Position numbers and translations under genes: made by a program
The notes under the pieces: model-generated
The model's input: only the letters and a program-made list of their open reading frames with translations
Database searches by the model: none
What the model was told of the DNA's origin: nothing
Shown: positions 1-9,959 of the stretch, piece after piece
Position numbering within the stretch: the first letter of the stretch is position 1
How the letters are laid out: the number at the start of each line of letters is the position of its first letter
DNA from: a virus
IMG/VR virus record: IMGVR_UViG_3300011443_000014
Coordinates: 2,563 to 66,562 of that record
DNA: 64,000 bases
Reading direction: 5' to 3' (one strand)

Positions 1-388
1 CTTCCCATGGATCGCCAGTCGTGATGGCGCTGCGAAAGACGTAGACCTGCGCATAGATGTTCGCGGTCGTGCCATCCGTGTCGACCAGCGGGTTCGTTTC
101 AGAACCGCTGGCTGCACGCAGCCAGTACAGCCAGTAGCGTTCCACCGTCGAACGCGTGAACGGTGTCCCGGTGAACGCCGTCCACCCACTGACCGAGATC
201 GTCTCCGTATTACTGCGGATGTTGACGAGCAACAGGAGGATGTCATTCGTCTGGTGCGCCGGGAGCGTGACCGTCACGTCGCCGCTCACCGCGGCTTGCA
301 TGGTCGCCTTCGTGACGTACGTCGGCTGGGCCAGTGCCGTCGACGACAGCAGCAACAGGAACGCGAGGGTCGTCAGGAGTCGCAACAT
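1..388 (-). CDS. Partial (runs off left edge) fibre/adhesin-like protein with signal peptide
   Basis: Not in ORF track; my translation from ATG at 388: MLRLLTTLAFLLLLSSTALAQPTYVTKATMQAAVSGDVTVTLPAHQTNDILLLLVNIRSN..., open to position 1; starts 25 nt after the upstream stop. Confidence 0.7.
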   Translation of the reverse strand, partial: MLRLLTTLAFLLLLSSTALAQPTYVTKATMQAAVSGDVTVTLPAHQTNDILLLLVNIRSNTETISVSGWTAFTGTPFTRSTVERYWLYWLRAASGSETNPLVDTDGTTANIYAQVYVFRSAITTGDPWE

Positions 389-413
389 TAACCGGGCCTA
401 TTGTGCCAGAAAC

Positions 414-3230
414 CTAGCGCTTCTCGATGCGATGCACGATCAGGCGGGTCCTCCCGCTCTCCGGGCCCGTCGCATGCTCGTCGCACAAGGTCTCGACCGG
501 CTGGAACGAATTCGCCCACTGGATCTTCGTCGCGTTCGTCCCACCGAGGACGCACGTCACGCCGCGGCCCCCCTGGATGAACGAGTAGCACCGGGTCGCG
601 CCGTCGAACGACGCCACCGGGGACCCTTGCGACGTGTGGCCCGAGTTTTGGTACTGGAGCACACCCCAGTCGGCCGGCACGATGCCCGTCAGGCCACGCA
701 CAAACGCGTCGGCGCACAGGGTCTCGACGCCACCCGGGATCGTGCACTCGAGGCCGGCGTTCGTGTGATGAATCGCCGGGGTATCGAAGCAGCGATCGAG
801 CAGACCCGCCGTCAGGAAAAAGACCGGGTCGTTCATGCGCCTCGAGGACTGATAGAAGTCGGCCGCGCCGATCCGCTCGTTGTCCCACGATGGCACGTTG
901 TGGCGACTGGCGATCGCGTAGATCTCCCGGATGCGGCGGACCTGGTTCCAGTAGTCGCGGCCGCGATCGAGATGGGCCGTGCAGTACGATCCGCCGGCGC
1001 CGTCGTAGCCGTCCTCGAGCGGTTCGTCTTCCTTCGCCGCGCCCACCGCCCACGGCAGCGCCAGTCCTTTGCACCATCGACGGAGGTTCGCCGTGTCGTG
1101 GATCGCCCCCGACTGTGAGCCGTGGTAGAACTCGTTCGCCGCTTCGAGGGTCGCGTTCCCCGCCGCATGGCCGATGCGTCCGACCTCGCGGACCACCGGT
1201 TCCCAGTTCGTGAACTTGTCCTGGTCCGCGAACAGTTTGCTCCCCGTGATCGTCGTGAGCTCCGCGCCGACCCCGTGCGACTTCAGCCACGCCAGGAAAT
1301 CCGGCAGTGCGGCGATCGCGGCCTGGGGCTTCAGTTCGTTCCACCCCTTCCCCGTCACCAGCACGCGGGCGAAGTTGAACCGATGGGCCAACATGAACCC
1401 GAGATAGTCTTCGGCTTGCTGGCGCTTCCCGTCGACGATCAGTTTCAACAGGACGAACCCGGAGATCCCGACCGGCCGGAAGATCTGGCCGCCGCGGGTC
1501 ATCACGCGCCCACTGACACCGAGGCTGCCATCCCACGTACCGACCGGGGGCGGCAGATTACCTGGGGGAATCGCGCCACCGTGGCCGCCATCCTCGAGCG
1601 GTTCGCCCTTGATGTCGTGGATCACGTCGCGCACGGTCCAGCGCTCAGCCAGCGGCCGCCACGCCAGATGCGCGTAGTCGATGTCGCCCGGTTCGTGGCC
1701 GTAGTAGCTCCGGTACGTGTTGATGATCGACGGGTAGTCCGTGTGAACGAACTGGTCGTAGGGCATCACGGGCGTCGGGAACGACTGGCGCTTCCCGTGG
1801 CCACCGGCCGGCGGGTTCGTGATGTCGGCCACCGCGTCTTCCGGCGTCCAGCCTTCGGACAGCAGCCGCCACGCGTTGTGCGCAAAGTCGGGATCGTTCG
1901 GGCGCTGGCCGTGCTTCGCGCGGAACGCGGCGGCCACCATCGGGATCTCTCGGTGAACAAACTCCGGGTATTGGGCAATCGGTTGCATGATGGGCGGCTC
2001 CGTCGTCGGTGGAGGGTCAATCGGGGGTTCAGGGCTGGACACCGTCACCAGCCGTTGCTTACCGGTCTGTCCCATCCCGCCCGGGCCTTCCGCGCGGAGG
2101 CCGATCTCGTACGTCCCGCTGCGCGGGAACACGTAGTCGTACGTCGGGTCCGTGAGCGGGTGTCCGTTCGGGGTGAGGTTGTCCCAGAGGGAGTCGCCCA
2201 GCGGGCGGCTCAGGAACGAGAGTTTCGTGATCGGGCCTGAGCCGGCCTCCTTCGCCCACGTCGCTGTGGACGTGAGCGGGGCCGGCCCGGAGGCGAGGTA
2301 GCTGGTGATCGTGATCTTTGGCCTGGCGACGACTGGTGGCTCCACAGGGGGCTTCACAGGGGGAGGCGGAACCGGCAGGGCGGTCAGCGGGTCGTTGAAC
2401 GACGCCTCGTAGATGGCCAGATGACCGTTCGTCTGGTCGCCCGCCACGCGGAACGTGTTCCCCATGACCGCGACCGCGTCGACCTGGTTCCCGGCGTGCG
2501 GGAAGATGACGGCCGTCGGCTGCGCGTGGCCCAACGGCCTGGCCAGCATGTACGCCGTACCATTAATCTCGGCCCCGGTCACGACCCACTTCACGCCGAG
2601 CGGGCCGAACACGACCTTGCACGGGCCTTCACCGCCCGTGATGTTCACGAAACCCTGGGTCGTGTCGGGCAGCCGCAGGGCCGACGGGCCGAAGTACCCG
2701 TACGCCACGTAGTCGCGGGACGCGCGCACGACGTTCGGGCCGACCTTCGGGACCACGTCGGTCACGACCCGTGTGGTCGTGTCGATCAGGCGCACACGCG
2801 ACGGGGTTCCCCAGTTCGAGACGCACAGCTGTTCCGACAGGTCGGTGTAGTTGTACCCGGGGCCGAGCCAGACGCCGTCGAGGCACAGGCCGGCGTGATA
2901 CTGCACGACGCACCAGTGCCCGCCGCTCGCACGGAACAGGCCGCCGCGATAGTTGCCATCGTTGCGGTACAGCGTCAGGGCGCCGGTCGGCACGTCGTAG
3001 GCGTAGAGAAAACCGTCGCCCTTGAACGTCGCGTCGTCGTGCTGAATCAGGATCGTCCTGGCGTTGAGCCAGCCGCCGCGTAGGAACCCTTTCAGTTCAC
3101 GCGCGATCGGCTTCTCCGTCTTCGTCTGCAGGTCGATCAGTTTCAGGAACCCGTTCCCGGCCAACACGTAGCGCCCGTCTGGCGAAAACATCGGCCAGAA
3201 GCCGCTCGTCGTGGAATACAGCAGGGTCAT
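414..3230 (-). CDS. Multidomain protein: beta-propeller-like N-terminus, PKD-like domain, two DUF4214-like repeats, C-terminal glycoside-hydrolase-like TIM barrel
   Basis: Start reassigned to ATG 3230 (GAAGGA RBS, just after upstream stop); Pro-rich linkers; GTYEIGLRAEGPGG PKD-like end; AANEFYH and WDNERIG resemble GH-A clan catalytic motifs. Confidence 0.75.
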   Translation of the reverse strand: MTLLYSTTSGFWPMFSPDGRYVLAGNGFLKLIDLQTKTEKPIARELKGFLRGGWLNARTILIQHDDATFKGDGFLYAYDVPTGALTLYRNDGNYRGGLFRASGGHWCVVQYHAGLCLDGVWLGPGYNYTDLSEQLCVSNWGTPSRVRLIDTTTRVVTDVVPKVGPNVVRASRDYVAYGYFGPSALRLPDTTQGFVNITGGEGPCKVVFGPLGVKWVVTGAEINGTAYMLARPLGHAQPTAVIFPHAGNQVDAVAVMGNTFRVAGDQTNGHLAIYEASFNDPLTALPVPPPPVKPPVEPPVVARPKITITSYLASGPAPLTSTATWAKEAGSGPITKLSFLSRPLGDSLWDNLTPNGHPLTDPTYDYVFPRSGTYEIGLRAEGPGGMGQTGKQRLVTVSSPEPPIDPPPTTEPPIMQPIAQYPEFVHREIPMVAAAFRAKHGQRPNDPDFAHNAWRLLSEGWTPEDAVADITNPPAGGHGKRQSFPTPVMPYDQFVHTDYPSIINTYRSYYGHEPGDIDYAHLAWRPLAERWTVRDVIHDIKGEPLEDGGHGGAIPPGNLPPPVGTWDGSLGVSGRVMTRGGQIFRPVGISGFVLLKLIVDGKRQQAEDYLGFMLAHRFNFARVLVTGKGWNELKPQAAIAALPDFLAWLKSHGVGAELTTITGSKLFADQDKFTNWEPVVREVGRIGHAAGNATLEAANEFYHGSQSGAIHDTANLRRWCKGLALPWAVGAAKEDEPLEDGYDGAGGSYCTAHLDRGRDYWNQVRRIREIYAIASRHNVPSWDNERIGAADFYQSSRRMNDPVFFLTAGLLDRCFDTPAIHHTNAGLECTIPGGVETLCADAFVRGLTGIVPADWGVLQYQNSGHTSQGSPVASFDGATRCYSFIQGGRGVTCVLGGTNATKIQWANSFQPVETLCDEHATGPESGRTRLIVHRIEKR

Positions 3231-3241
3231 AGGATGGTCCT

Positions 3242-5965
3242 TCAGAACGGCGCCGAGGTCTCGCCGCCGCCGGCGGGGGCGGATGCCAGTGCAGTGATCC
3301 ACGAATAGCCGGTGTACCAGGTGCCGGTCTCTCCCAGATCAACCGTCAACAGATCGCCGATCTCGACCGTGTCGACATAGGTGATACCCAGCGTGCCGGT
3401 CGTCCGCACGTAGAACTCCATCACGCCGTCGGCGGTCGGCGTCGGGGGAGTACCCGTCACGGTCGTCCAGGTGTCATCGGACCCTGCGAAGGTTCCGATG
3501 GCTGCGTCCGCGTTGATGCCGATGGCCGGGTTCGCCGCGACCCAGATCTGCGGCTCCGTCGCACCGTTGTACGCGGCGCTGGTGCGAATCCGAACGGTGA
3601 TTGTCGGGGCATTTCCATTCTCGACGGCCGCCTTCCACCCGCTGATGAAGCCGTTCAGGTGCGTAGTGAGCCCGCCGAGATAGTTGAAAGCCGTGGTCGT
3701 CGGCGTGAGCGAGATGGACGAACTTCCCGCGTCGACCACCGTGGTCTCTTTCGCAACGACACCCCACTCGCTCTGTGCCCAGCTCCTGTCCGGGTCTCCG
3801 TCGATGTTGTCGAAGAAGATCCACGCGGGGAACCCGTTGTACGTATCGAACGGGGCGCAGATTTCCGTGGCCGATCCGAGCGTTGACGACAGGATGTAGT
3901 TCGGTGACATGACGATCATCCCGTTGATGAAAATGTCACAGCTGCTGTGCGTCAGCATCGAACCGGACGCCACACCAATCGTCATGTTCGAGAACTTTGA
4001 ATAGCTCATGTAGGGCGTGTCACGGAACCAGATGCCGTACGGCGTCGTGTAGCTCGTCTCGCCGTTCGCCGTCAGATACGCGAATTCGGTGAAGTGTCCT
4101 CCGACGAACTGGAAGTTCCCAGACGCATTGCCCCACGCCTTCGCGTACTTCATTCCTGAGCCCATATGCGCCTGGGCGAGATTGAACCCGAACGAGTTGT
4201 TCCGCCAGAACTCGTTGTACGAACCACTCGAGCCGAGCAGGCGCAATCCACCAGAGTCGAACTGGATGCCATGAGCCGCGTTGCTGTGAGACGTGTTCCC
4301 CTCAAAGGTCCGCCAATAGGGGGTCGCTCCGTCGGTCCCGACGAACTGGAAGCCGCTCTGCGCGTGGGACGACGAGCGGTTCCCGACCATCGTCGCTCGC
4401 GATCCCTCGTCCCGGATACCGTCCGTCTGTGAGCCAACGACAGCGTTGCGACTGAAGACGCCAGTCGTCGTTGTGGACGAGCGACTTTTCAGGATGACCG
4501 CGTTGCACCCACCACACGCACCCGTGGCCATGTCGTAGAAGACGTTGTCCTCAATCGTGTACCCAGCAGGCGCGACGTCTGCGTGCAGCACCAGCCCGAT
4601 GAGCTTCGACTTCCAGAACGAGCAGTAGGTGATTGAGATCGTGCTCCCCGTCGTGTAGTTCCGAAAGTCGAGCGTGTACTTGCCGTCGCCGTTGATGCCG
4701 ACGTACTTGAACGCTGCCCACTTGAACACCGGGTCCGTCTCGACGGTCGTGCCCTGTACCGGGCCGCCACCGAACCAGTACGTGTAGTTAGTCGAACTGG
4801 CCGAGCGTAGGATGACGTTCCGCGTCAACAGCACGACCTCACCGATACTCGGCGCAGTGCCGTCGTGCGCGTTCGTCAAACCCGCCGTGATACTGAACGA
4901 CGAGGCGCCAGCGTTCCCACTCAGCACGCGGTTCTCGTATTGCGAGTAGGTCCTGGACGTGCTCCCGAACCCCACTTCGTCCGTGTCCAGCCAGCCCGTA
5001 TCTGCGGCCACGTCGATAGAGGTCGATGCCGCCGCTTCGTTCGCGGTCAATGTGGTCCACGTCACATTCTTCCCGGACGTGCGAGGGCTGCCGACCATGT
5101 TCCACGTCCCGACGTAGAACTGCACGCCAAACTCTCCGTCGCTGCCACAGTCGAATTCGAGGACGGCCGTCGACGTGCCTGGAACCGGCGTGGCGACCGT
5201 CCCCATCGTGAACGTGCCGTAGCGCATCGACAGGTTGCCGCTCAGTTTCAGGTAGTAGTTCGTCGACGCCGACGTGCCGTACGCGAGCGTGCCGTTGTAC
5301 CCGAGGTTCATGTAGCCGAAGTCGGTCGTCGCCGTGTTGTCCATCGTCACGGTCACGGCGCTGTACGTAGTTCCGTCGTGGTTCCCGATGACGTGCATTT
5401 GATCGCCCGCGGCCGGCGCCGCCGTCACGTCCGTCGGGAAGTAATGCCACCAGTTACTCGTGCAGTTCGAATAGCCGGTCGCGCCTGACGACCCTGAGCT
5501 CACGCGCCAGCCGAAGCGATAGTCGTTCCCACCATCGGCCGTGTACGTCGACGAGAACTTCATAAAAACGTGTGTCGGGTTGCCGTCGCTTTGCGGAAGG
5601 TCAGCCAGGGGAATCGTCACCGACCGAACGACGTTCGTCGTGCCGTTGTCACTCAGGTCGACCGTGAGCGTGCCGGTTGATCCCGAGGCGTCCACGAACA
5701 CGACGACGCCCTCGAGAACTTCACCGTTGTCGATGGTGAAGTTCGCGCCATCCCAGCTGTTATTGGCGCTCGTCGCGCCAGCACTGAGACCACCCGCGCA
5801 GAACGTCACCATCCCGGCGTTCGTGATCTCGCCGGCGCCAGTCGCGGCCGACCGCCACGTCCCCGCCGTCGTGAAGTTCCCGGTCGTGGCCGCGGTCAAC
5901 GTGTCCGCAGACGCGGAGCTCGTGAGGGCCAGAAAGACAATCAGACGAATCAGCAACCCGCGCAT
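3242..5965 (-). CDS. Tailspike/adhesin-like protein with parallel beta-helix repeats and signal peptide
   Basis: 907 aa; MRGLLIRLIVFLALTSSASA signal peptide; TGNFTTAGTW G8-like start; Asn-ladder repeats (GNRSSSHAQSGF, GNTSHSNAAHGI, WRNNSFGF); GGAG RBS. Confidence 0.75.
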   Translation of the reverse strand: MRGLLIRLIVFLALTSSASADTLTAATTGNFTTAGTWRSAATGAGEITNAGMVTFCAGGLSAGATSANNSWDGANFTIDNGEVLEGVVVFVDASGSTGTLTVDLSDNGTTNVVRSVTIPLADLPQSDGNPTHVFMKFSSTYTADGGNDYRFGWRVSSGSSGATGYSNCTSNWWHYFPTDVTAAPAAGDQMHVIGNHDGTTYSAVTVTMDNTATTDFGYMNLGYNGTLAYGTSASTNYYLKLSGNLSMRYGTFTMGTVATPVPGTSTAVLEFDCGSDGEFGVQFYVGTWNMVGSPRTSGKNVTWTTLTANEAAASTSIDVAADTGWLDTDEVGFGSTSRTYSQYENRVLSGNAGASSFSITAGLTNAHDGTAPSIGEVVLLTRNVILRSASSTNYTYWFGGGPVQGTTVETDPVFKWAAFKYVGINGDGKYTLDFRNYTTGSTISITYCSFWKSKLIGLVLHADVAPAGYTIEDNVFYDMATGACGGCNAVILKSRSSTTTTGVFSRNAVVGSQTDGIRDEGSRATMVGNRSSSHAQSGFQFVGTDGATPYWRTFEGNTSHSNAAHGIQFDSGGLRLLGSSGSYNEFWRNNSFGFNLAQAHMGSGMKYAKAWGNASGNFQFVGGHFTEFAYLTANGETSYTTPYGIWFRDTPYMSYSKFSNMTIGVASGSMLTHSSCDIFINGMIVMSPNYILSSTLGSATEICAPFDTYNGFPAWIFFDNIDGDPDRSWAQSEWGVVAKETTVVDAGSSSISLTPTTTAFNYLGGLTTHLNGFISGWKAAVENGNAPTITVRIRTSAAYNGATEPQIWVAANPAIGINADAAIGTFAGSDDTWTTVTGTPPTPTADGVMEFYVRTTGTLGITYVDTVEIGDLLTVDLGETGTWYTGYSWITALASAPAGGGETSAPF

Positions 5966-5974
5966 CGGTGTCTC

Positions 5975-7351
5975 CTACGGCGTGATGGTCAGGGTCAACG
6001 TGACGCGCGTGCAACTCGTCACGGAATCGACGTTGTAACCGAAGACCGCCCCCGCCGTCACGCTCGTCGTCCAGCCCGTCAGGGTCGTATCCTGGGATTT
6101 GTTCGCGCTACTCAGTGTCGGCGGGGCGCTCGCCGTGATGGAGTCGGCGTCCGTCGGCGGGTAGTTCGCGTACGTGTCCTTCCAGACGTCGAACACCACC
6201 GAGCACGCGGTAGCGCTGGCGTCCGTCGACAGCAGGGTCGCGGACACAATCGTCCCGCTGATCGGAGCGACCGAGAATCCTTTGACGCCCGTCGTGATGG
6301 CCGACCCCGCGCCGTCGACCGTGATCCCCATCGTCCGGTTGCCGCCACCGGACGCCGCGCCGAGTGACACCGTGACGCCGTTGATCCTGGCGTTCAGGAC
6401 CGTCCCGCTCGAGTTGTACCAGAGGTCGCCATCGGTCGGGGCCGACGGGTTGCCGGCGTGGGCGCCGACGTTCAGGCCCGCGTTCGTCGCGTTCGGGTTG
6501 AAGGTCTGGCGGATCCCATCCGGCAGGGTCAAGGTCCCCGTGTCGGTGGCACAGATGACCGAATCCTGAATCAGTTTTCCGGTCGTCGTGTTGTACCGGG
6601 CGAAACACTCGTCGGTGGCCGAGGCCGGGCCGACGACGTCGCCGCTTCCGGCGCCGGTCGCGACCTGGTCGGTCTGGCAGGAAAAGGTGTTCGTCGATGT
6701 GGCGTAGTGCAACTTTTCCGTGATGCTGTTGCACAGCGGCACCGCTTTGCATTGGTAGACCGACCCGTTCGACACCGCGACTTCGTCGTCGGCGCACAGA
6801 CTGGTCAGGCCGAGGCCGCCGAGCGATGGCGGGATGCTGGTGCACTCCTCGACGGCGCCCGTGCTGGCCGTCGTGCGGCAGAGCACGCGGGCCGTCGACA
6901 TGGTCAGGGCGCTCGTCGTGATCGCGCCTGGCACCACGTAGTCGGTCCCCGCGACCGCGATCGTCGGTACCCCGGTCGTCGTCGTGTTCTTCAGCAGTCC
7001 GGTCGCCAGCGCGCCGAGCGGGAATTCGTTCGACAGGCCGGCTTCCGCGACCTTCGTGATGTAGCTCGCCGCCGCGTCCGCTCCCGACCCGCCCGTGCCG
7101 ACTTCGACCCAGCCCGTGTTGTCGCACCCCGTCCCGGCTTGCTTGACGTAGAGGCCGACCGTCCCGCCAGAGGTCCGCCGGAACGTGGAGCCAGGACAGG
7201 CGCTCGTCGAGGCTTCCGGGTCTACGGCGCCGGTCAGGTCCTGGGGCGCCGTCGCGCACGCGCCGAAGCAGATCTTCGAGAACACCCCTGTCGGCTGCGC
7301 AGAGGCCGCCACAGACCACAGCAGCAGCACGAGGGTCAGCAGGTAACGCAT
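5975..7351 (-). CDS. Tail-fibre-like protein with signal peptide, Cys-rich
   Basis: Start reassigned to ATG 7351 (MRYLLTLVLLLWSVAASA-QPT); fibre-type motifs GDVVGPASATD..ARYNTTTGKLIQ and PSAPTDGDLWYN; multiple Cys pairs. Confidence 0.75.
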   Translation of the reverse strand: MRYLLTLVLLLWSVAASAQPTGVFSKICFGACATAPQDLTGAVDPEASTSACPGSTFRRTSGGTVGLYVKQAGTGCDNTGWVEVGTGGSGADAAASYITKVAEAGLSNEFPLGALATGLLKNTTTTGVPTIAVAGTDYVVPGAITTSALTMSTARVLCRTTASTGAVEECTSIPPSLGGLGLTSLCADDEVAVSNGSVYQCKAVPLCNSITEKLHYATSTNTFSCQTDQVATGAGSGDVVGPASATDECFARYNTTTGKLIQDSVICATDTGTLTLPDGIRQTFNPNATNAGLNVGAHAGNPSAPTDGDLWYNSSGTVLNARINGVTVSLGAASGGGNRTMGITVDGAGSAITTGVKGFSVAPISGTIVSATLLSTDASATACSVVFDVWKDTYANYPPTDADSITASAPPTLSSANKSQDTTLTGWTTSVTAGAVFGYNVDSVTSCTRVTLTLTITP

Positions 7352-7355
7352 GGTC

Positions 7356-9959
7356 CTAGCTCCTCGTGGCGAGCAACGTCGCCAGCGCAAACCCTTCGTA
7401 GGCCGCATCGTTGACTTTCGCTTGGAGGCGGATCGCTTTGGTCGTGGCCGGCAGGGCGATCGACGTGATCGTCTCCTCGTCGGCGATCGTCGTGGTGCCG
7501 ACCGGACTGGCCATCTCCGCAACGACCGTGTCGTCTTCGTCCACGACGCGGACCTGGATGGTCGCGCTCGCGTGGGAGCACCAGCGCTGCACGATCAGGC
7601 TCAACGTCCAGTTGTAGAAGTCGCCGGCGCGCACGGTCGGTGTCAGGCGGCCTGGCACGTCCACGTAACTCGTCGACGCGATCGGGGTCACATGCGACCC
7701 GCCGAGCTCTATCGTCGTCACCATGGGCGTCAGGTCCTCGAAAAATTCGGTCAGGTCCAACAGGCCGACCGTGACTTCCTCATTTGAGGCCGACAGTCGG
7801 TGGCTCACCGCAAAGCCCGGCGTTTCGACGTCGCCCAATTCTCCGGGTCCGTTGTAGTGCGTAAACCTTCGCACGTCGCCGAGATCCGTCGCAAGCCCCA
7901 TCAGGCCGAGCACCAGCGGCTGAATCCGCCGTGGCCGGCGCATCAGCCGGAACAGGCGGCTCGACACGTCCTGGGCCGTCGCGCGATCGCCAACGAACCG
8001 GAGCTCGAGCGGGTCGTCGTAGTAGGCAATCGGCCCGCCGTATTCGTCCGCCAGATCGCGGTCGGTGTGCAGCCCGTCTTCTTCCCGGAACCGGCGGGCT
8101 TCCGCGTCATAGTCCCACTTGAACGCCATCTTCGAGCAGACACGCTCGTCGACGATGGGCGGAAGCCAGCGCTTGATCTCGATGCGGTCGCGCCAGAGGG
8201 CGCCGCTCGAGGGCACCATCGTCTCGTCAATCAGGCGCGGCCCCAGTTGCCCTTGACAGCTGGTCCGCCAGTAGGCGGCGAGGCCCAGACTGGCGTGTCG
8301 GAGGACGTCGCGCACGGTCATCGGTTCGTCGATGACGAAGCGCAACTTGTAGCCGACCGCCGTCCCGAGGCGGAACCCGCTCGTCGTCTGCCCGTCCGTG
8401 AACAGGGAGCTCTGCAGACGTTCGACGCCGTCCGCGAACGTCGGCAGGCCGAGCCACGACCCCGTCTTATAGGTCGTCTGGTCGACGTCGAGGCCGGCCC
8501 AGTTCGACAGCAGGTGCTGGATGACGCGAAACCCGTGCACCAGCACGCCGCCCGTCGCGTCGGCGTTTTCGGTGTACCCGGGGATGTTCAGCGCGATCGC
8601 GACGACGCCTGAGACGTGGTGAAACGACCGAGGCCCACGCCCATAGAACACCGTGAACCGGCGCCCGTTCCGCTCGACCCACGGGTCGTCGTGCGGCCAT
8701 TCCGCGTCGTTCGGCCCGATGAAGTCTTTCCCCCAGATGGTCGGATCCATCAACGTCCGTTCGGGCGGCGCGCCGAGGACGTTGCTCGCATAGATGTCGA
8801 CCTGGTCCCACGACAGGGCGCCCGCGCACACGACGTAGGTGTCCCAGTACAACGGGCCGCTGCCCGGCGTGCCTGGCGTGCCGGCCGCCAGTTGAGCCGT
8901 GTTCGTCGTCGGCGGGGGCGGATACATCCCCTTGTCGTGACGGTCGTCGCCGTCGTCGATGTATTGGTCCGCCGCGTTACCGGCGGGGTTGTAGTTCATG
9001 TCGAGCCGGTACCGTGGGGTTCCGGTCGTCGAGTCGTCGAGGGCGTAGATCCGATAACCGATCACTTCTTCCGAGGGTTCCGGCGCCGTCCAGTCCCACG
9101 ACACGCGGTTCGGCAGACCTGGCACGAGCGAGTCGGAGAACTGGAGCTTCGGGTAGTCCGCGACCGTGACGATGTTGCTCAGGGTCGTCTCGCCGAAGTT
9201 CGTCACCGCCGTCACGCCGCAGCGCACGCTATGTGTCGGCAAGCCGCCCGGGTTGTAGACCGTGATCTCCAGGTTCGTCGGAGGGCTCAGATACGACGGG
9301 GCCGTACCGGGGGTGCCCGGGTACCCAGCCGAGATCAGGGTCTTCCCGACGTACTTGACCGGGACCAGTCCCTTCTCGGCCGACGCCGTCGCCGATGTCC
9401 CGTCGAGGGTCGCGCCGTGATCGCTGCACTCGCCGTAGACCAGCGGCACGACATGGTCCGCGATGTCGGGCGGGAATTCGTGCAGACCCGACCAGTCTTC
9501 CCCGAAGCGCCACAGCGGCAACTCGCGATCGAGGTCGATGGAGAGCAGGTCTCGCGACTCGATGATGACGCGCAGGCCGTCGAGCAGGGACACCTTGTCG
9601 ACTTTGCCGCGCCAGCCGATGCGCGGGGTCGCCCCCGTGTTGTACCCCTCCTCTGAGATCAGTTCGGCCTTCAGTTCCCAGCGCTTGTAGTTCTTCGTCG
9701 CGGGGTCACGGAGCAGGGCGCGAATGAAATGGTCCTGGTCGTCAAACTCGAGGCGCCACACGTCGACGTCGTACTCACCGTCCAGGGTCGACAGGTGGCG
9801 CACGATGTCGCCGTAGCCGCCTTCAACGATGCGGCCCTCGACCAGACCGGAGGCCGGCGCCATCGCGCGCGCCGAGAATCGGTACGTCTGCGTGGTGTCC
9901 GTCGGCCACGGACGGACATACAGCGTGCAGATCACGCGCAGTTGACGGTAGGTGCTCAC
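7356..9959 (-). CDS. Tail tip/central hub protein with FN3-like insertion
   Basis: 867 aa; downstream of tape measure and Dit-like gene; GTGA coupling; LSPPTNL..VSWDWTAP..VIGYRIY FN3-like segment. Confidence 0.7.
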   Translation of the reverse strand: MSTYRQLRVICTLYVRPWPTDTTQTYRFSARAMAPASGLVEGRIVEGGYGDIVRHLSTLDGEYDVDVWRLEFDDQDHFIRALLRDPATKNYKRWELKAELISEEGYNTGATPRIGWRGKVDKVSLLDGLRVIIESRDLLSIDLDRELPLWRFGEDWSGLHEFPPDIADHVVPLVYGECSDHGATLDGTSATASAEKGLVPVKYVGKTLISAGYPGTPGTAPSYLSPPTNLEITVYNPGGLPTHSVRCGVTAVTNFGETTLSNIVTVADYPKLQFSDSLVPGLPNRVSWDWTAPEPSEEVIGYRIYALDDSTTGTPRYRLDMNYNPAGNAADQYIDDGDDRHDKGMYPPPPTTNTAQLAAGTPGTPGSGPLYWDTYVVCAGALSWDQVDIYASNVLGAPPERTLMDPTIWGKDFIGPNDAEWPHDDPWVERNGRRFTVFYGRGPRSFHHVSGVVAIALNIPGYTENADATGGVLVHGFRVIQHLLSNWAGLDVDQTTYKTGSWLGLPTFADGVERLQSSLFTDGQTTSGFRLGTAVGYKLRFVIDEPMTVRDVLRHASLGLAAYWRTSCQGQLGPRLIDETMVPSSGALWRDRIEIKRWLPPIVDERVCSKMAFKWDYDAEARRFREEDGLHTDRDLADEYGGPIAYYDDPLELRFVGDRATAQDVSSRLFRLMRRPRRIQPLVLGLMGLATDLGDVRRFTHYNGPGELGDVETPGFAVSHRLSASNEEVTVGLLDLTEFFEDLTPMVTTIELGGSHVTPIASTSYVDVPGRLTPTVRAGDFYNWTLSLIVQRWCSHASATIQVRVVDEDDTVVAEMASPVGTTTIADEETITSIALPATTKAIRLQAKVNDAAYEGFALATLLATRS

